Shown: positions 10,812 to 22,979 of the stretch, piece by piece
Numbering within the stretch: position 1 is the stretch's first letter
Layout of the letters: every line of letters begins with the position of its first letter
Assembly: GCA_965113315.1 (NCBI GenBank)
Contig: OZ220364.1
Source: Podarcis vaucheri
Taxonomy: Eukaryota
Length of the DNA stretch: 64,000 nt
Reading direction: 5' to 3' (one strand)
The notes under the pieces: generated by a model
Database searches by the model: none
The model's input: the letters and a program-made list of their open reading frames with translations, nothing else
Told to the model about the DNA's origin: nothing
Position numbers and translations under genes: made by a program

Positions 10812-11844
10812 CCACAGAGCAATAGGCTGTATCGCTGCACACAAAGAACATATTTTTGAAGAACCCTGCTCAATGCAAGAACAAAACTGTACTGAACACC
10901 TTGTCCTCAAATGTACCTTGATTTGGCAGATTAGAATCTCAGCTAACTACAGTTGGATGCATTATATGTATACATCTATGTGTACGTATAGTGCTTAAAA
11001 CTCCACAGAATAGGCCATCAACCAAGCAAAACCATTTCAGACACCACTTCTTAATTGTTGGTTAAAATCTGGATACATTTATCAAAATATGTGCCTAAAT
11101 TATGCATAGAAGTGCCATGAAAATATAACATTTTGTATGGGACAGTTCTAAGACTGTCAATGCTTTTTACTGAAACTCGTGGAATAATACCAACTTCTGT
11201 CTGTCTTAGCTCAGTAAACAGATCCGAAACTGCAAACACCTATATCAATCCAGTTATTTTTATCTTATTAATTTCTCATCCTATGCTGGTGGCTATTTTG
11301 ATATATTGTTTAACTTTTGGTTTTCCCATTCCCCATAAATAATAATTGACACTGGCCCACTTTGCACATAATACCAAGCCAAACCAGAACTAAACATGAG
11401 CAAGCATGTTTATTCTGTGATAAATCATAGTTTACTCATGAACCCAGGTTTGTGATTCGCCTGGAAGAAAATGAACCATGAGTCCTGGTAGTTCTGAGCA
11501 GACCAGAAGCAACTGCCATTTTTGCTGTAAGTACCTGCGTACTTGCTTGCTCACGCCTAGCCATGGTTTGGCTTAGGGATATGTATGAATCAGGTCAGTA
11601 TGTACTTTAACCTTTGTGTAACATGGATGAAAATAAAAATAAGTCAATACTTTTATCTGTTGGTAGTATTCAAGAATATAAGCTGAGAAGTTCACCTACT
11701 TGTTATCACAAGGTTCTGAGTATTTCAGTTCATAATGACACATTCTAAAATCATTTTATAGTGGCATCGCCATATACATAGGCTATATGTTGACAGTATT
11801 GCCAAGCACATACAGATCTATATATACATGCAGACTGAACATAC

Positions 11845-12006
11845 TTTTAGTTCTTCCACTGTAGCTTTAATTTTTGCGTAACCCATATGCTGTTTTCCCA
11901 TCAAGTGATCATCTACCCTGGATTGTGCATCTCCTACGATTAAAAATGCTCCACAGACTTCACAAACTTCCATCTGCTTTTCCTGAGCTGCAAAGCTCTC
12001 AATTGT
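11845..12006 (-). CDS. LUC7L3: LUC7L3 exon 7 (ZnF2)
   Basis: TIESFAAQEKQMEVCEVCGAFLIVGDAQSRVDDHLMGKQHMGYAKIKATVEELK; 162 nt; CxxC...H..H finger; donor AAA|gtatgt. Confidence 0.97.
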
Positions 12007-12780
12007 CTGGAAACAGAAGATACTTGTTAAAACAGATAGTTACATGAACACTTTATTTATTATTTACCTAGCAACAATACAACTTATTTTTCAAATTCTT
12101 AACCTACCCCTTGGCATGCAAGCAGCTAACCAATTGCTATAAAAATACACACAATTTCATGCCCAAAGCAGATCACAAGATTGGTCTAACTGCATTATAA
12201 TTCAAGTGCAGGTGCATCTTTAAAACAGACCTTCATGCAATTCTATCTGCAAAGCAACTGACAAGCGTATTATTCCAGCTGCACACAATATAGCATTTAA
12301 CAACCCCTCTAAACCCAAGGCTGCCATCTGATAATAAGAAACAAGTCATAATCTTCCATGGTGTTAAAATTCTACTGGGTTCATTTCAATTCCAAAGGCT
12401 TATTGAAGTTCTAAGATGGTCTCTATCCCTTAATAGGTCAAGAACAGGGATGTGGCCAAGATCTCCCTCTTTCAAAGTGTTTTCTGCATTCCTGTGTATC
12501 TGAGAGGATATTAACCCAGTGAGGGACACATTCTAGAAACATTATTTATTCTAAACATAAAGCGTTGTATCCTGAAAGCACCCCTCCCTTCTGGAACAAT
12601 TGAAGGGGGGAGGAGGAGGAGGAGGAGGAGGAGGAAGTGAAAACTGCCCCCCTCCCTGTTCTGCTACTTCTGAAAGCATCTGCTGGATCAAAGAGCTTTG
12701 CACCAGTGGAACGATGCCACTAGAAACAATCCTCCAATTTTTTTGGCCCATAAATTGATTTGCCTTTATGCAGGCTATTA

Positions 12781-12979
12781 CAGTCATACCTTGGGTTGCA
12801 GACACTTCAGGTTGCATGTTTTCGGATATGGACGCGGCGAATCCCGGAAGTACCGGAACGGCTTACTTCCAGGTTTCGGCGCTTTGTGTGTGTGCAGAAG
12901 CACCAAATCGCAAATGCGGCACTGCGGGTTGCGAACATGCATCCCGCACGGATCACGTTCGCAACCCAAGCATCCACTA
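12781..12979. mobile_element. Related Tc1/mariner MITE (CAGTCATACC end)
   Basis: TA|CAGTCATACCTTGGGTTGC...GCAACCCAAGCATCCACTA|TA; CpG-rich; similar to the 30133 copy. Confidence 0.75.
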
Positions 12980-13174
12980 TAATCTCATATACGCATGGTT
13001 AAAGCTCAATGATTAATAAAGTATGAAAATATTTTGGTGGCAATCAAAGAAACTATTTATTCAACAAGTTGGAAGAATACAAGCTGGAAAAATAAGTCTT
13101 TTGTGAAGTCAAGTTTATTTGACTGTATTCTGTTGGGGCTTCCAGACTTAGAGAAAAACAGGACTCTTACTTAC

Positions 13175-13279
13175 CGAAGTTGTAGATCTTAGCAACTCTC
13201 TTTCCTCTTTTAACTGTTCAACAAGTTTCATCATGCCTTGAGCCTCTTCCACCTTTCCTTCAGAACCTAGTTCTTCAAT
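13175..13279 (-). CDS. LUC7L3: LUC7L3 exon 6
   Basis: IEELGSEGKVEEAQGMMKLVEQLKEERELLRSTTS; 105 nt; donor TCG|gtaagt. Confidence 0.96.
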
Positions 13280-13357
13280 CTAATAGAGAGAGAACAAAGT
13301 TAGTATAATGTCTTGATCCAACTTTATAAACATTTCTGTATGATTCAAGACAATTAC

Positions 13358-13435
13358 CTGTTGTAGAAGTACATCAATCTTGTCAGTTAATACTTGAATC
13401 TTCTCTTCATTTTTACCAGTAGGTCCTGCTGCTTG
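13358..13435 (-). CDS. LUC7L3: LUC7L3 exon 5
   Basis: tttag|QAAGPTGKNEEKIQVLTDKIDVLLQQ|gtaatt; 78 nt; of the nearby AGs only this acceptor keeps frame. Confidence 0.92.
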
Positions 13436-13580
13436 CTAAATATTAAAATAAAAGTGACGACAGACACCTAAAAGTTACAAGTGCAACAAAACACTGTTCT
13501 GCTTTGTCATGTCCACAGCACAACTCATATCAAAGAGTAAGTTGTAAGAAGAAAAAATTCCACAATAAGTTCATCTACAT

Positions 13581-14123
13581 CAGAAGTGGAGAACCTTTTG
13601 GGCTCCATGGGCCAGATCCCTATCAAGAGTGGTCTTACAGGCCAAATATGATAGGCGAGTGGCCCTGTCTACCTGTCAAAATCCCTTGCTGGAGCAACGT
13701 TAAGAGGGATGAAACTGCTTCAGGTAACGGTTTGCCAAACTGCTCTCTGAAGCCCCTCCCTGCCATTAAAGTTTGCTCCTAAAAGGTTAAAAGGGCAGGG
13801 CCAGCAGTAAGGGGAATCCAACTTAAGTGTTGGAAATGGGTGCACCAGAGATTCCTATTGAGTCTGAACTCAGAAGGATTGCTCCCCCTTTGCAGCAGCT
13901 GATGTGAAGAGAGTGATCCTGCTTAGCACTGTGCAGTGCTTTGAAGGCTCCTGAAAACCAGCTGGTTGTCAGAGATTTGGGGAGGTGCACAAGGCAGATA
14001 TGGGCAAGTCCCACAGGTAAATAGGATGACATCAGATGTAGGGCAGGTAGCCATGACTTGCCCCAAGGCCAAAGGGGGAGGAAGGCCAGGTCTGATCCAT
14101 AGACTGGAGGTTCTCCACCTCTG
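13581..14123. mobile_element. hAT non-autonomous element
   Basis: TIR CAGAAGTGGAGAACCT / CAGAGGTGGAGAACCT (15/16); 8-bp flanks ATCTACAT and TTGTACAT. Confidence 0.7.
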
Positions 14124-14733
14124 TTGTACATGGTGTCTGTGCAGTCCCAAATATGGGTTCTGCACTTGCAGGGTCCCTTTCTGGAAATTCTGAAAGCTAA
14201 GCTTTCACTCTCCACACTGTGGCTTCCACCTACCACTCAGTTATCTCTTAACCACCAGAGCAACAGCACACATTTAGAAACTCGATTCTGACGAGTTCAA
14301 AAGTTAGCTTCAAACAGCACATATATTAGTTTCATCTAAGTGTGGCTTATGTTGTATCTTGCTATTCTTGTATTTGTTCAGTTTTAAAGAACTTATAAAG
14401 CAATAAGTGAACCATATATACATTGAGAAACACAGTTAAGACCGGTAATTCAAACATGCTATAACTCCTGGTCAAGTATGTGTATCTATTCTACTTTAAA
14501 GAAAACTTATAAGAAAATACAAAGGGTGGTATCCAACATCACATGAATGGGCACCCGCATGTGCAATGAGACTGCTCCTCTTCCCCTCCCCTCTGCAGGC
14601 TCCCACACTAGAGTAGATTTGGGGCACATTATAGAAGTGCAAAGGAGGTAAATACGTTCTGTAAACAGTTCTGCAAAAGGATATCACCCAAAATACCGTA
14701 TATGTTTAACATGCCCTCTGCTTTTGTACTTAC

Positions 14734-14878
14734 ACCTGAAGCCTGTTGAGTCTGAGACAATGCTAAACGTGCATGACCTCTTCGAATTCGGCGTTCCACC
14801 TCTGCAAGCAAGCTCTGTAAATACCGAAGGAAGTCTCTTTCATAGCCTACTTTCATGAATCGAGAACTCTTCTCATAC
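14734..14878 (-). CDS. LUC7L3: LUC7L3 exon 4
   Basis: YEKSSRFMKVGYERDFLRYLQSLLAEVERRIRRGHARLALSQTQQASG; 145 nt; donor GGT|gtaagt. Confidence 0.96.
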
Positions 14879-15077
14879 CTGACAATGTTAAAAAAGAAAT
14901 GATTACATTAAACTTCAGATAAAGGTCATCTCCATATTACCTAACAATGAAAGACTATATGCTATCCACCTCGTGAAATTTTAACTGAGGATTTTTTAAA
15001 ACCTCATTTAAATGCTTGCATTATTGCTTAATTATATTTATTAGCTTCTTATTAATTATAACTACTAACACACTCAC

Positions 15078-15117
15078 TGTTTTCTGAGGTTTTCATCATG
15101 AATTTTCTCACAAGGAC
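15078..15117 (-). CDS. LUC7L3: LUC7L3 exon 3
   Basis: tag|(G)PCEKIHDENLRK(Q)|gtgagt; 40 nt; completes the C3H zinc finger. Confidence 0.95.
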
Positions 15118-16652
15118 CTAGAAATAAAAGCAATAATGGTGATACATTCAAATGACTTTCTGATAACACTATGCCAAAAAAGACCTGGATAAAGTTCAAC
15201 AGTTTTTAACCAAACTAATGTACAGATTAAAACTGGGGTGCCTTTCCACAACAGTACTAATAGTTCTAAATGACTTTCTAGTGTATTGTGATTAGGCTGG
15301 CATAGTACCAGAATGACTGTAACCTGATCAATATTCCACCGACACACCAGAGCAGGGCTAAGGTTTAAAATCAAGAGGCATTTGCTCAGAGACAAAATGG
15401 GGTGAGGTAGGGTACAGATGAGCAAGCCTAAGGAGAGTGAAGCAATATATTTCTATGAAGATTCAAGTGTACTTCATATTTGTTTTTCAAAGTTTGAATG
15501 GAATCAGTGACAGCACAAGAACAAGCGCATCACACCCCTGCAACATTTACTGAGCTAATAAAGAGTGGTTATGAACCTCTGAAATACAGAAACCCATGAT
15601 TGTCGAGGCAAAGAGTTCCAGAAAAAGAATGTACTGAAGAGATCTTACCTATCAATTTAGAATGCTACAACAATTCCAAACCTTGTTGGTGACACATCTT
15701 TAAAATACACACGCATGAATATCTGTGATATTGTCCTGGTACAATTTTGGTATGATCCACATTAAAAATCAGAGTGCTAGTGGAAGTCTTAGGAACACTG
15801 CCGTTGGATCTGAAATGTGAACTAGAGCATGACAGCACTAAAGCTGACAGTATATAGTTAGCTATGGAGTAAGGCCAGAAATGAAGGAAATATTGGGAAA
15901 CTAAAGGGTTTTTGCAAGAACCTGGAAGTTTGCATTTTGATTCTTTGACAGAAGCCATATACAGGCGTCCGTCCACTTAAGCGCAATCGACTCTCACACA
16001 GCTGTGTATACAGGTGCCACCAGAAAATAGATACTGTAGATTCAAACTGGGAAATGGCAGGAGAGCTAGAGAGTCCTCAGAGCTCTTAAGGAGCTGATAC
16101 TGCTTTTCCATGCATCCTTCAGCCAGCCCCCGAGCTTCGGCTCTAGTTGAAGAGAGTTGTGTGGATAGAACTGGAGAGCAGGAAAAAACGAGTTTTTATA
16201 GGCGGCTCCCCACTTACATGATTTTCCCTTATGCACATGGGGGCCCTGGAATGTAACCCAATCTGCTATGAATAGGAATGTGAGGCAGAACATTTTCCAG
16301 TAACTGAAAATGTTCTCCTCCTCCCCAGTGCTTCATTTTTCTTTTGAAAATTTTCTGTTTTATAAGCTCATTAGAAACAATGAACAGATCCCAACTGCAA
16401 TGAATGTAGAGAACATTAGGTAAGCTTTTCAGTTTTCTTTTGCTCTATTTACTAATTTCAAATAAAATAAAGATACCAATTACATCACTCTCTAGAGCAC
16501 CAGAAAATGTTCCAAGGCAAATTACCCTAAACAGCATATGAATTTCTTTTGGAAAACTTTCTAAAGCAAAATTTTCTGGAAAATTCACATTAATGGCTCT
16601 GAACTTATGCAAATCTAAGATTTTTAGTCATCTTAATGAGATGATTTTGTGA

Positions 16653-16658
16653 CTCTCA

Positions 16659-16690
<32 letters not shown>
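16653..16690. repeat. Compound (CT)n(GT)n microsatellite
   Basis: Read directly from the sequence. Confidence 0.9.
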
Positions 16691-16808
16691 CTGTCTGCCT
16701 CCATCCATACATATAGGAGGTAAACAAAGAAAATATTTATTCACAGCAGCTTCTATCCATGACCTTGACATTTGCTATAATATAAGGAAAAAAACCAAAG
16801 GCACTTAC

Positions 16809-16875
16809 CTAAGTCAGAACGGGTATTTGTGAATAATTCAGCTGGACAAAACCCACAAAGGTAATATTTACAAAC
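16809..16875 (-). CDS. LUC7L3: LUC7L3 exon 2 (first part of ZnF1)
   Basis: cag|VCKYYLCGFCPAELFTNTRSDL G|gtaagt; 67 nt. Confidence 0.96.
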
Positions 16876-17440
16876 CTGATTGAGAAGAAGAAACTTAAGT
16901 TACTTTCCTTACACATCAAATTTAGACAGACGCAAAGCTGTAAGAGAATTAAGTAATTTGCTCTTGTTCCAATTCTCTTTCTTTCTCTCTCTTTCTTTTT
17001 AAACCAGCCTTATCCACCAGTGCTAATTTTGGCTGCATTTAAAATATCCCAAGCACAAACCATCTAGGTAAGCTTTACAGTATGGATGAGTACTGACTCA
17101 TTTCTTCAGGCCCTTTTAGAGGGCTGTCAGAAGAGTAATAGCACAATCTGTCCCTTCAACAACAACTTTTCACCTACCTGCATCAATTCCTGGTTTCCTA
17201 CGGCTAGCAAGTAAATTAAGTAAAAAGCTATACAATACACTGTTCAAGAATTTCAGTCAAGAGCTGTTGAGTAGCGATGCTACTGAATACCAGTTGCTGG
17301 AATTGTCTACACCCAAACGCAAGGTGCTATATTTTGGGGTTCTGGTGTTTCATAAAAAGGAAAGAAACTAGCAACTTGATCTCAGTTCTTCTCATTTAAA
17401 CCATGTATGGAAGCACCTGAGGCTGCAATCCTACAGTAAC

Positions 17441-17598
17441 GTAGCTCAGGGGCAGAACATCTTCTTTGCATAGAAGTTCCAGGTTCAATCCCCAGCCCTT
17501 CTAGGTGAGGCTGAACTCAGTTTTGAAATCAGGGACAGTCACTGCAAGTCAGTGTAGACAATGGTCTGACTCAGTATAAGGCAGCTTCCTATGTTCCT
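17441..17598 (+). mobile_element. Squam2-like SINE
   Basis: GTAGCTCAG...GGTTCAATCCC...GTCAGTGTAGACAATGGTCTGACTCAGTATAAGGCAGCTTCCTATGTTCC. Confidence 0.7.
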
Positions 17599-18359
17599 CA
17601 GTAGACAGCAATGCAATCCTAACTCCTAAACGCACCATCTGAGAGAAATTAGGATGTGGAATATTACCCTATCCTGGACTTAAACTGAGCAAATGACTCA
17701 TCTTGGCATAAAATAAGCCAGTGGAAGTTATGTTGGCGTAAACGGGCAAAAAGAGTGTATGTCAGGGACAAGGAGAGGGATCAACAGATTTACACTGCAT
17801 ATTAAATCCTTTCATTCACTGGTTCCGCCTCCACAGCATGCCACCAAAATATAGGTGCAACTAAAATTCGTCACACAGGAGCCAATGGAAAGGCAGAAAA
17901 TGAATGTCTACACTGCCCTCCAACCTTGCCCCACCTCCAGCCTAGATCTGATAGGCTGCAGCTTACATAACTATGCTGGTGTATCTGTCTGGCTAGGTTT
18001 GCTCTGCTCACACCAGTGAACTTAGTGAGACTTACTGCAGAGTAGACAGGTAATGGATTGCTCTGTAAGTGAGCAGGAAATAACACTTTTTCAATATATT
18101 GTTAAAGAAACGTATATACTATGTGAGCCACTATCTGACTTCTTTGGGGGGGGGGGAATCAAGGAACCCTTTTTTGTGCCATCTTTAAACAGCTTCTATA
18201 AACAGGGGCCAGTGAAACAATGTCTGCAGATGACAGATTGCCCATGTGTAGTGCCGATATTTGAGGAAGAAATTGGTACATTTCTCTGGAAATTTCCTAA
18301 ACACTAGGTTCTAGCACGTGGAAATCAGAAACGTTTTCCCAACTGCACAGAGGTTATTC

Positions 18360-19230
18360 AATTTATATATTGGTTATATCAGTGAGTTGCTTTTCTCAAA
18401 GAGCGACCCTTAGCAACTTACATTAAAACCAATTAAGACCATCCAACAACAATCTAAAAATACAGCTCAACAGATACAACGGATGATGAGTTACTGATCC
18501 CACCCCACTAAAAGAGGCCACAATTCCACCTTTCAAATTAAGGAAACAGAGGCAAGGTAAAGAGAAAAGTATTTGCCTGTAGCCTAAAAATAAGATAAAA
18601 ATGGTGCCAGGCGTGCATCTCGGGGAAGAGCATACTACACCCTCCAAATATCCTGTGGAGGGGGGCACACAACGAAGGGTCTCATATGATGACTGAGGGC
18701 TTCAGGGGAGCAGTGGTTCTTGAGGTACTGTGGTCCTCAACTACATATGGTTTTAAAGGTCAAAACCAGCACTCTGAATTGAGTCCAGAAACTGATAGCC
18801 AGTGCAGTCATGCCAAAATCAGTTATATGTTCAGACAGTTCTATCCCAGTCAACAATCTGGCCTCTAAATTCTGCACCAGTTGCAGAACCATCTTCAATG
18901 TACAGACAACAACGATTTTGCATGTGTTTGATTGGTGTGTGATCGCCGACATGCACACTGTGGCCCTGAAAGGGGGCTGAACGGGGTGAGCTTACAGTAC
19001 ACATGTTCTGCTGACGTGGGGAGTTGCCTGCATAACACATTGCAGTAGTCCAACTTAGATCATCAGACCTTAGACACCAGAAGTTAGGTTGTTCCTGTCC
19101 AAAAGGTGATGCAGCTGAGCCATTGCTCAAAGCCATCAAGGCCACTTGAACCTCAAGTGATAGCAATGGATCCAGAAACACCCTCAAGTTAGGTACCTGC
19201 TCCTTCAGAAGGAGTGTGACTTCAACACAT
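18360..19230 (-). mobile_element. Decayed L2 LINE 3' part in LUC7L3 intron 1
   Basis: Frameshifted ORF2 motifs LDYCN (ttggactactgcaat), LQLVQNLEARLLTG, FRVLVLTFK; boundaries approximate. Confidence 0.7.
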
Positions 19231-20329
19231 TTTAGGCAGCCTGCCCAGAGTTTCCTAAGGCAATGCCATAACAGAGGACCAAATGCTTCTTGACATTATG
19301 AAATCAACAGTTCTTTATGTGTAGAGATAGCAAAAACTGTGTTGGCTGTTAAAGGGGGAAATGTACTCTTTCAATGTAAATGAATGTTCACTGCTGTCAT
19401 GAGTTAAGAAGCAAAGCCTCTGGAGAAACTCAATGATCACAAATCCCTAATTCCTGCAAAGTCTGCAGGAATTGTCTCACATTCTTTAGAAAAGCAAAAT
19501 TTTAATTTTAGGAGTATTGCTTCTGATTCTAAGATGTGGTGGTGGCCAACAGTGGGGTTGCTTGGTTTTGGCTGGTGTAATCACAGCACTGTTTGTGGAT
19601 AAGGTAGACCTGGCTACAACCACAAATGGTTTAGCTACATTCAGGCTGGGCAATTAGAGTTTGTGGGGCTGCCTTTGAACAACAGTCCGAAAACTTCGGC
19701 TGGTACAAAATGCAGCGCTTTGATTTCTGAGTGGGGAAGATGTGGGAATCATATTACCTCTTCCTGTGTATCACTAGGTGTCAGTCATTTCCCAGATACA
19801 ACTACCATTACCATTATACTGTGTGCAACCAGGATACCTAAAGGGCCAGTTCCTCTCCTAAAATACAGTCAGTTACTAAGTCAAGTGCTGAGACTCTTGC
19901 CCATGTGTGGCCCTCATCTGAAGCACAGTTGGTGGGAACAGGTGCTTTGACTGCAGCACTCAGACGTTAGAACATCCTGCCCCAGGTGTTGCATATCTCC
20001 AACCCCTCGCACAATACTTTAAATAAATTTGTGTTTTTGCAGACCTTTGGCCAGATCAATGCTCGAGTGTATTTCGGTCCCCCGCATGTTTTAGTTTTCA
20101 GCTGTGCCTGTATTTTGCAGGCTTATTCACTTCGCCAGATAGTAGTACTGCAATGCTTTCCGGTTGTTAACATTATCTCGTAGGCAGCTGTGCTTCGTAT
20201 TAGAAGGCGGTGGAACAAGCGATCTTAAAAGCATCACACCTTAATGAAGAGTTGAAACTACAGGATCCGTAGGCCCTTTATTAGAGCAGTGGGTGCCTCG
20301 CCCTCCCCAATGGCTTCAAATCTCCCTCT

Positions 20330-21200
20330 CCGTGCGCCCCCCCCCTAAGGCAGACGCCCCAGATCCAGAGGTTTAGCTCTTGTTCGCTTCAACCACAAAT
20401 CCTCAGCGTGAACATAACGGGGGTACAACGTTTCCTTGTTTGTCCTTCAACCCCCAAGGCCGCGAAACGCAACCCCGTTTTCCTCCCGCAAAGGCTTTTC
20501 GAGGCTCCCTGCCCCCGCTGCGCAGGGCCTTAAGGTGCCCTCACCTCTTTGCCTGCAAGCTATTCTAGCAGTTAATAGCGGAGCGGCTCCTCCTCCTCCT
20601 CCCCATTTTAGGACCTCCGCCAGGTAAACCTGTTCCTCGCCCTGCTAACTGGCCCATCTTCTCTCCCCTCCACTTTACCTCCGCCCCCCAAAGCGCGCGC
20701 AAAAGGGCCTTGACCAAGCGAGGGCCGGCGATAGAGGAGGAGGAGGAGGAGGCCGCGTCTCGGCCATACTCACGCTATCGTGGTCCCACCGCACGTTGCT
20801 GCGCTTTTCATCCGGGGCCAGGTTCCTGTCCCGGCCCATAAGCTCGTCCAGAAGCTGGGCGGCCGAAATCATGATGCCCCGCTCGTCAAGTCCGGCCTCT
20901 CCGCCGCGGCCTCCAGCGCTTTCTTTCCTTCCCGCCGCCGCCGCCTCCGCCCGCCCCCCCCTCCTTCAATAACACCCAAACCGCGCCGCTGACGAGAGTG
21001 ACAGAGACAAAATGGCGGCACCCTCAAGCCCAGGGCGTCCCCCACAATGCACCGCGCAGGTCTCGCGCAACCGCCCAGGGTCTTGTGGCCCAGGCCTGGT
21101 GCTCGCCTGCGCGCGGGTCTCGCCTGGGGCGCGAGGGAGGGAGTCGTGGGAGGTGCAGCTGCGCAGCCTTCTTTTCCTCTTGGATTGCGAAGGTGCAAGC
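20330..21200. promoter_or_regulatory. CpG island / LUC7L3 promoter and 5' UTR
   Basis: GC- and CpG-dense block over exon 1; YY1 consensus CAAAATGGCGGC at 21008-21019; BANP/ZBTB33-like TCTCGCGCAA at 21061-21070; NRF1-like CGCCTGCGCGC near 21105. Confidence 0.8.
20774..20872 (-). CDS. LUC7L3: LUC7-like 3 pre-mRNA splicing factor, coding exon 1
   Basis: MISAAQLLDELMGRDRNLAPDEKRSNVRWDHDS is the LUC7L3 N-terminus; 99 nt; donor AGC|gtgagt; lies in a CpG island. Confidence 0.97.
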
Positions 21201-21482
21201 TGACAGTTACTCTTGACTAGAGCAGCCCGTTATAAAAAAGGGTGTCCTCCGCCTTCAAGAGCGAGCAGCGTTCAGTTTTGCACAGAGCATCCCCTCTTTT
21301 GGATAGAAATGCGCAAGAGTTTGCAACCTCTTCACAGAATTCGGGAAATAAAATTTTGAAACGACTTGATCTGCTCTTCTATACATAACACTTGCTGTAT
21401 TTTAAGTCGCTTTCTGGTTCTCTTTTTTTGTAAGCCGCTTGAGTTTTCGTTTCTGAAAGAAAAGAAAAAAGTGACAAATACA

Positions 21483-21580
21483 GGAGATAGCTCAGTCGGT
21501 GGAGCAGGAGAATCTTACTCTAGATCATGGGTTTGAGCAAAAGATGACCTTTGTGGTCCCTTCCAACTGTACAAACTATA
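21483..21580 (+). mobile_element. tRNA-Lys/CR1-tail SINE, internally deleted
   Basis: TAGCTCAGTCGGTGGAGCAGGAGAATCTTA...ATGGGTTTGAG followed by GATGACC..GTGGTCCCTTCCAACT. Confidence 0.55.
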
Positions 21581-22979
21581 AAATCCAAGTCCCGTTACCC
21601 AAGCCTCTCAGAGCCTCAATACACAAACAATGGCTCTATTCAGCTTTGTTTTAAATAATCCTCTGGTCCCACATTTGCTTAACGAACCTTCAGTCCTGCA
21701 CCTGTTACTATTAGAACCCCAATGGGAAAGGCAGTGTGTAGGTGTTTCCCCACAGCTCAATAACACAAAGGAATTAAATTTGACAAGGAGTACTTTAAAA
21801 AAATAGTCTCATGCTGTGAGACAGAATCATTATACAATCACTTGATAAAATATGGCCAGTTTTTGTTTATAAAACATCTGACACCTGTGGCTGAGTACAT
21901 GAGACTCAAACTGCAATCCTAAACACTAGTCCTGAGCTAAGTCAGAATTTCCCCCAAAAGAGAACTATCGTCAGCCAAGTATTGTCCTGAATTTGTGAAC
22001 GGTACACAGAAGGGAAGTCATATTTGGCTCCTTCTTGTTTATATGAGTTGCCAACCTTTCGTTCTCTAAAGGCTTCTCTGCCTATCATATCATCGTACCT
22101 GTGAAAAAAACACACAGATTTTTTTCATGGAGAATCCCACCCATTCCAAGTAAATTTCTTAGTATTCCCAGGGTTTAAAACATTTTATTTTAGTTGGAAA
22201 TGACTGTTAGATCTGGACAAGTGTTTGCTTCTGGATCAATCAATGTGAACTTTTATTATGCAATCACAGTACAGTGTTCAGTGCAAAAACAGTATCATTA
22301 AAACAAAAACAGAACACAAAATCTTAACCATTAATTATCCTGAAAACAATGGTGCACATTTGTTTTACTGCTAGAAGGAACCTGGCACTAAAGTTTTGTT
22401 TATATTATTTATTTTCCCATATTTTATTAATATATTTATGCCCCACCTTTCTTTTTTAAAAAGACTACTAGGCACCTTAAACAATATTGAATCATTAAAA
22501 AAACACAACCAAAATAGAGAAAGTACACCTCTGGCAGAACCCCCTACAAACTGTCAAAATAGTGACTCAGTCCTACTGCACTAAAATATGTTAAGTAATG
22601 GGACAGGCCAGTAGTGATGGACTTGAGTGGTTTTCCCTTAGGAGAGCATTCCATGGCTATAACGCCCCAACTGAGAAACTGCTGTCCTGTGTGTCTGGCC
22701 ATCATAATTCAGACAGCACGCACTCTCCTGTTCCATTTTAAGAAGCAATCTGCAACATGGACTCTAATAAACCTTAATTATATTACAAAATGCGCACATT
22801 GTAATAAAACTGGGGACAGCATTGGCAGATTACTCGGGAGACATAAATTTACCAAGTCCAATATTTCAAAAGGGCTGCTCTACATTGTATTTAGCTATTT
22901 TAGATTTACCGCTGTAGCCTGTTCTGCATCCGTTTAGAACTGCTACAGTTTTTTTCTGGGCTCCAGCATCATCTCTTGA

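Noticed and set aside
20780-21216. Several Arg/Pro/Gly-rich ORFs
   Set aside because: Expected in a GC-rich CpG island; no homology signal
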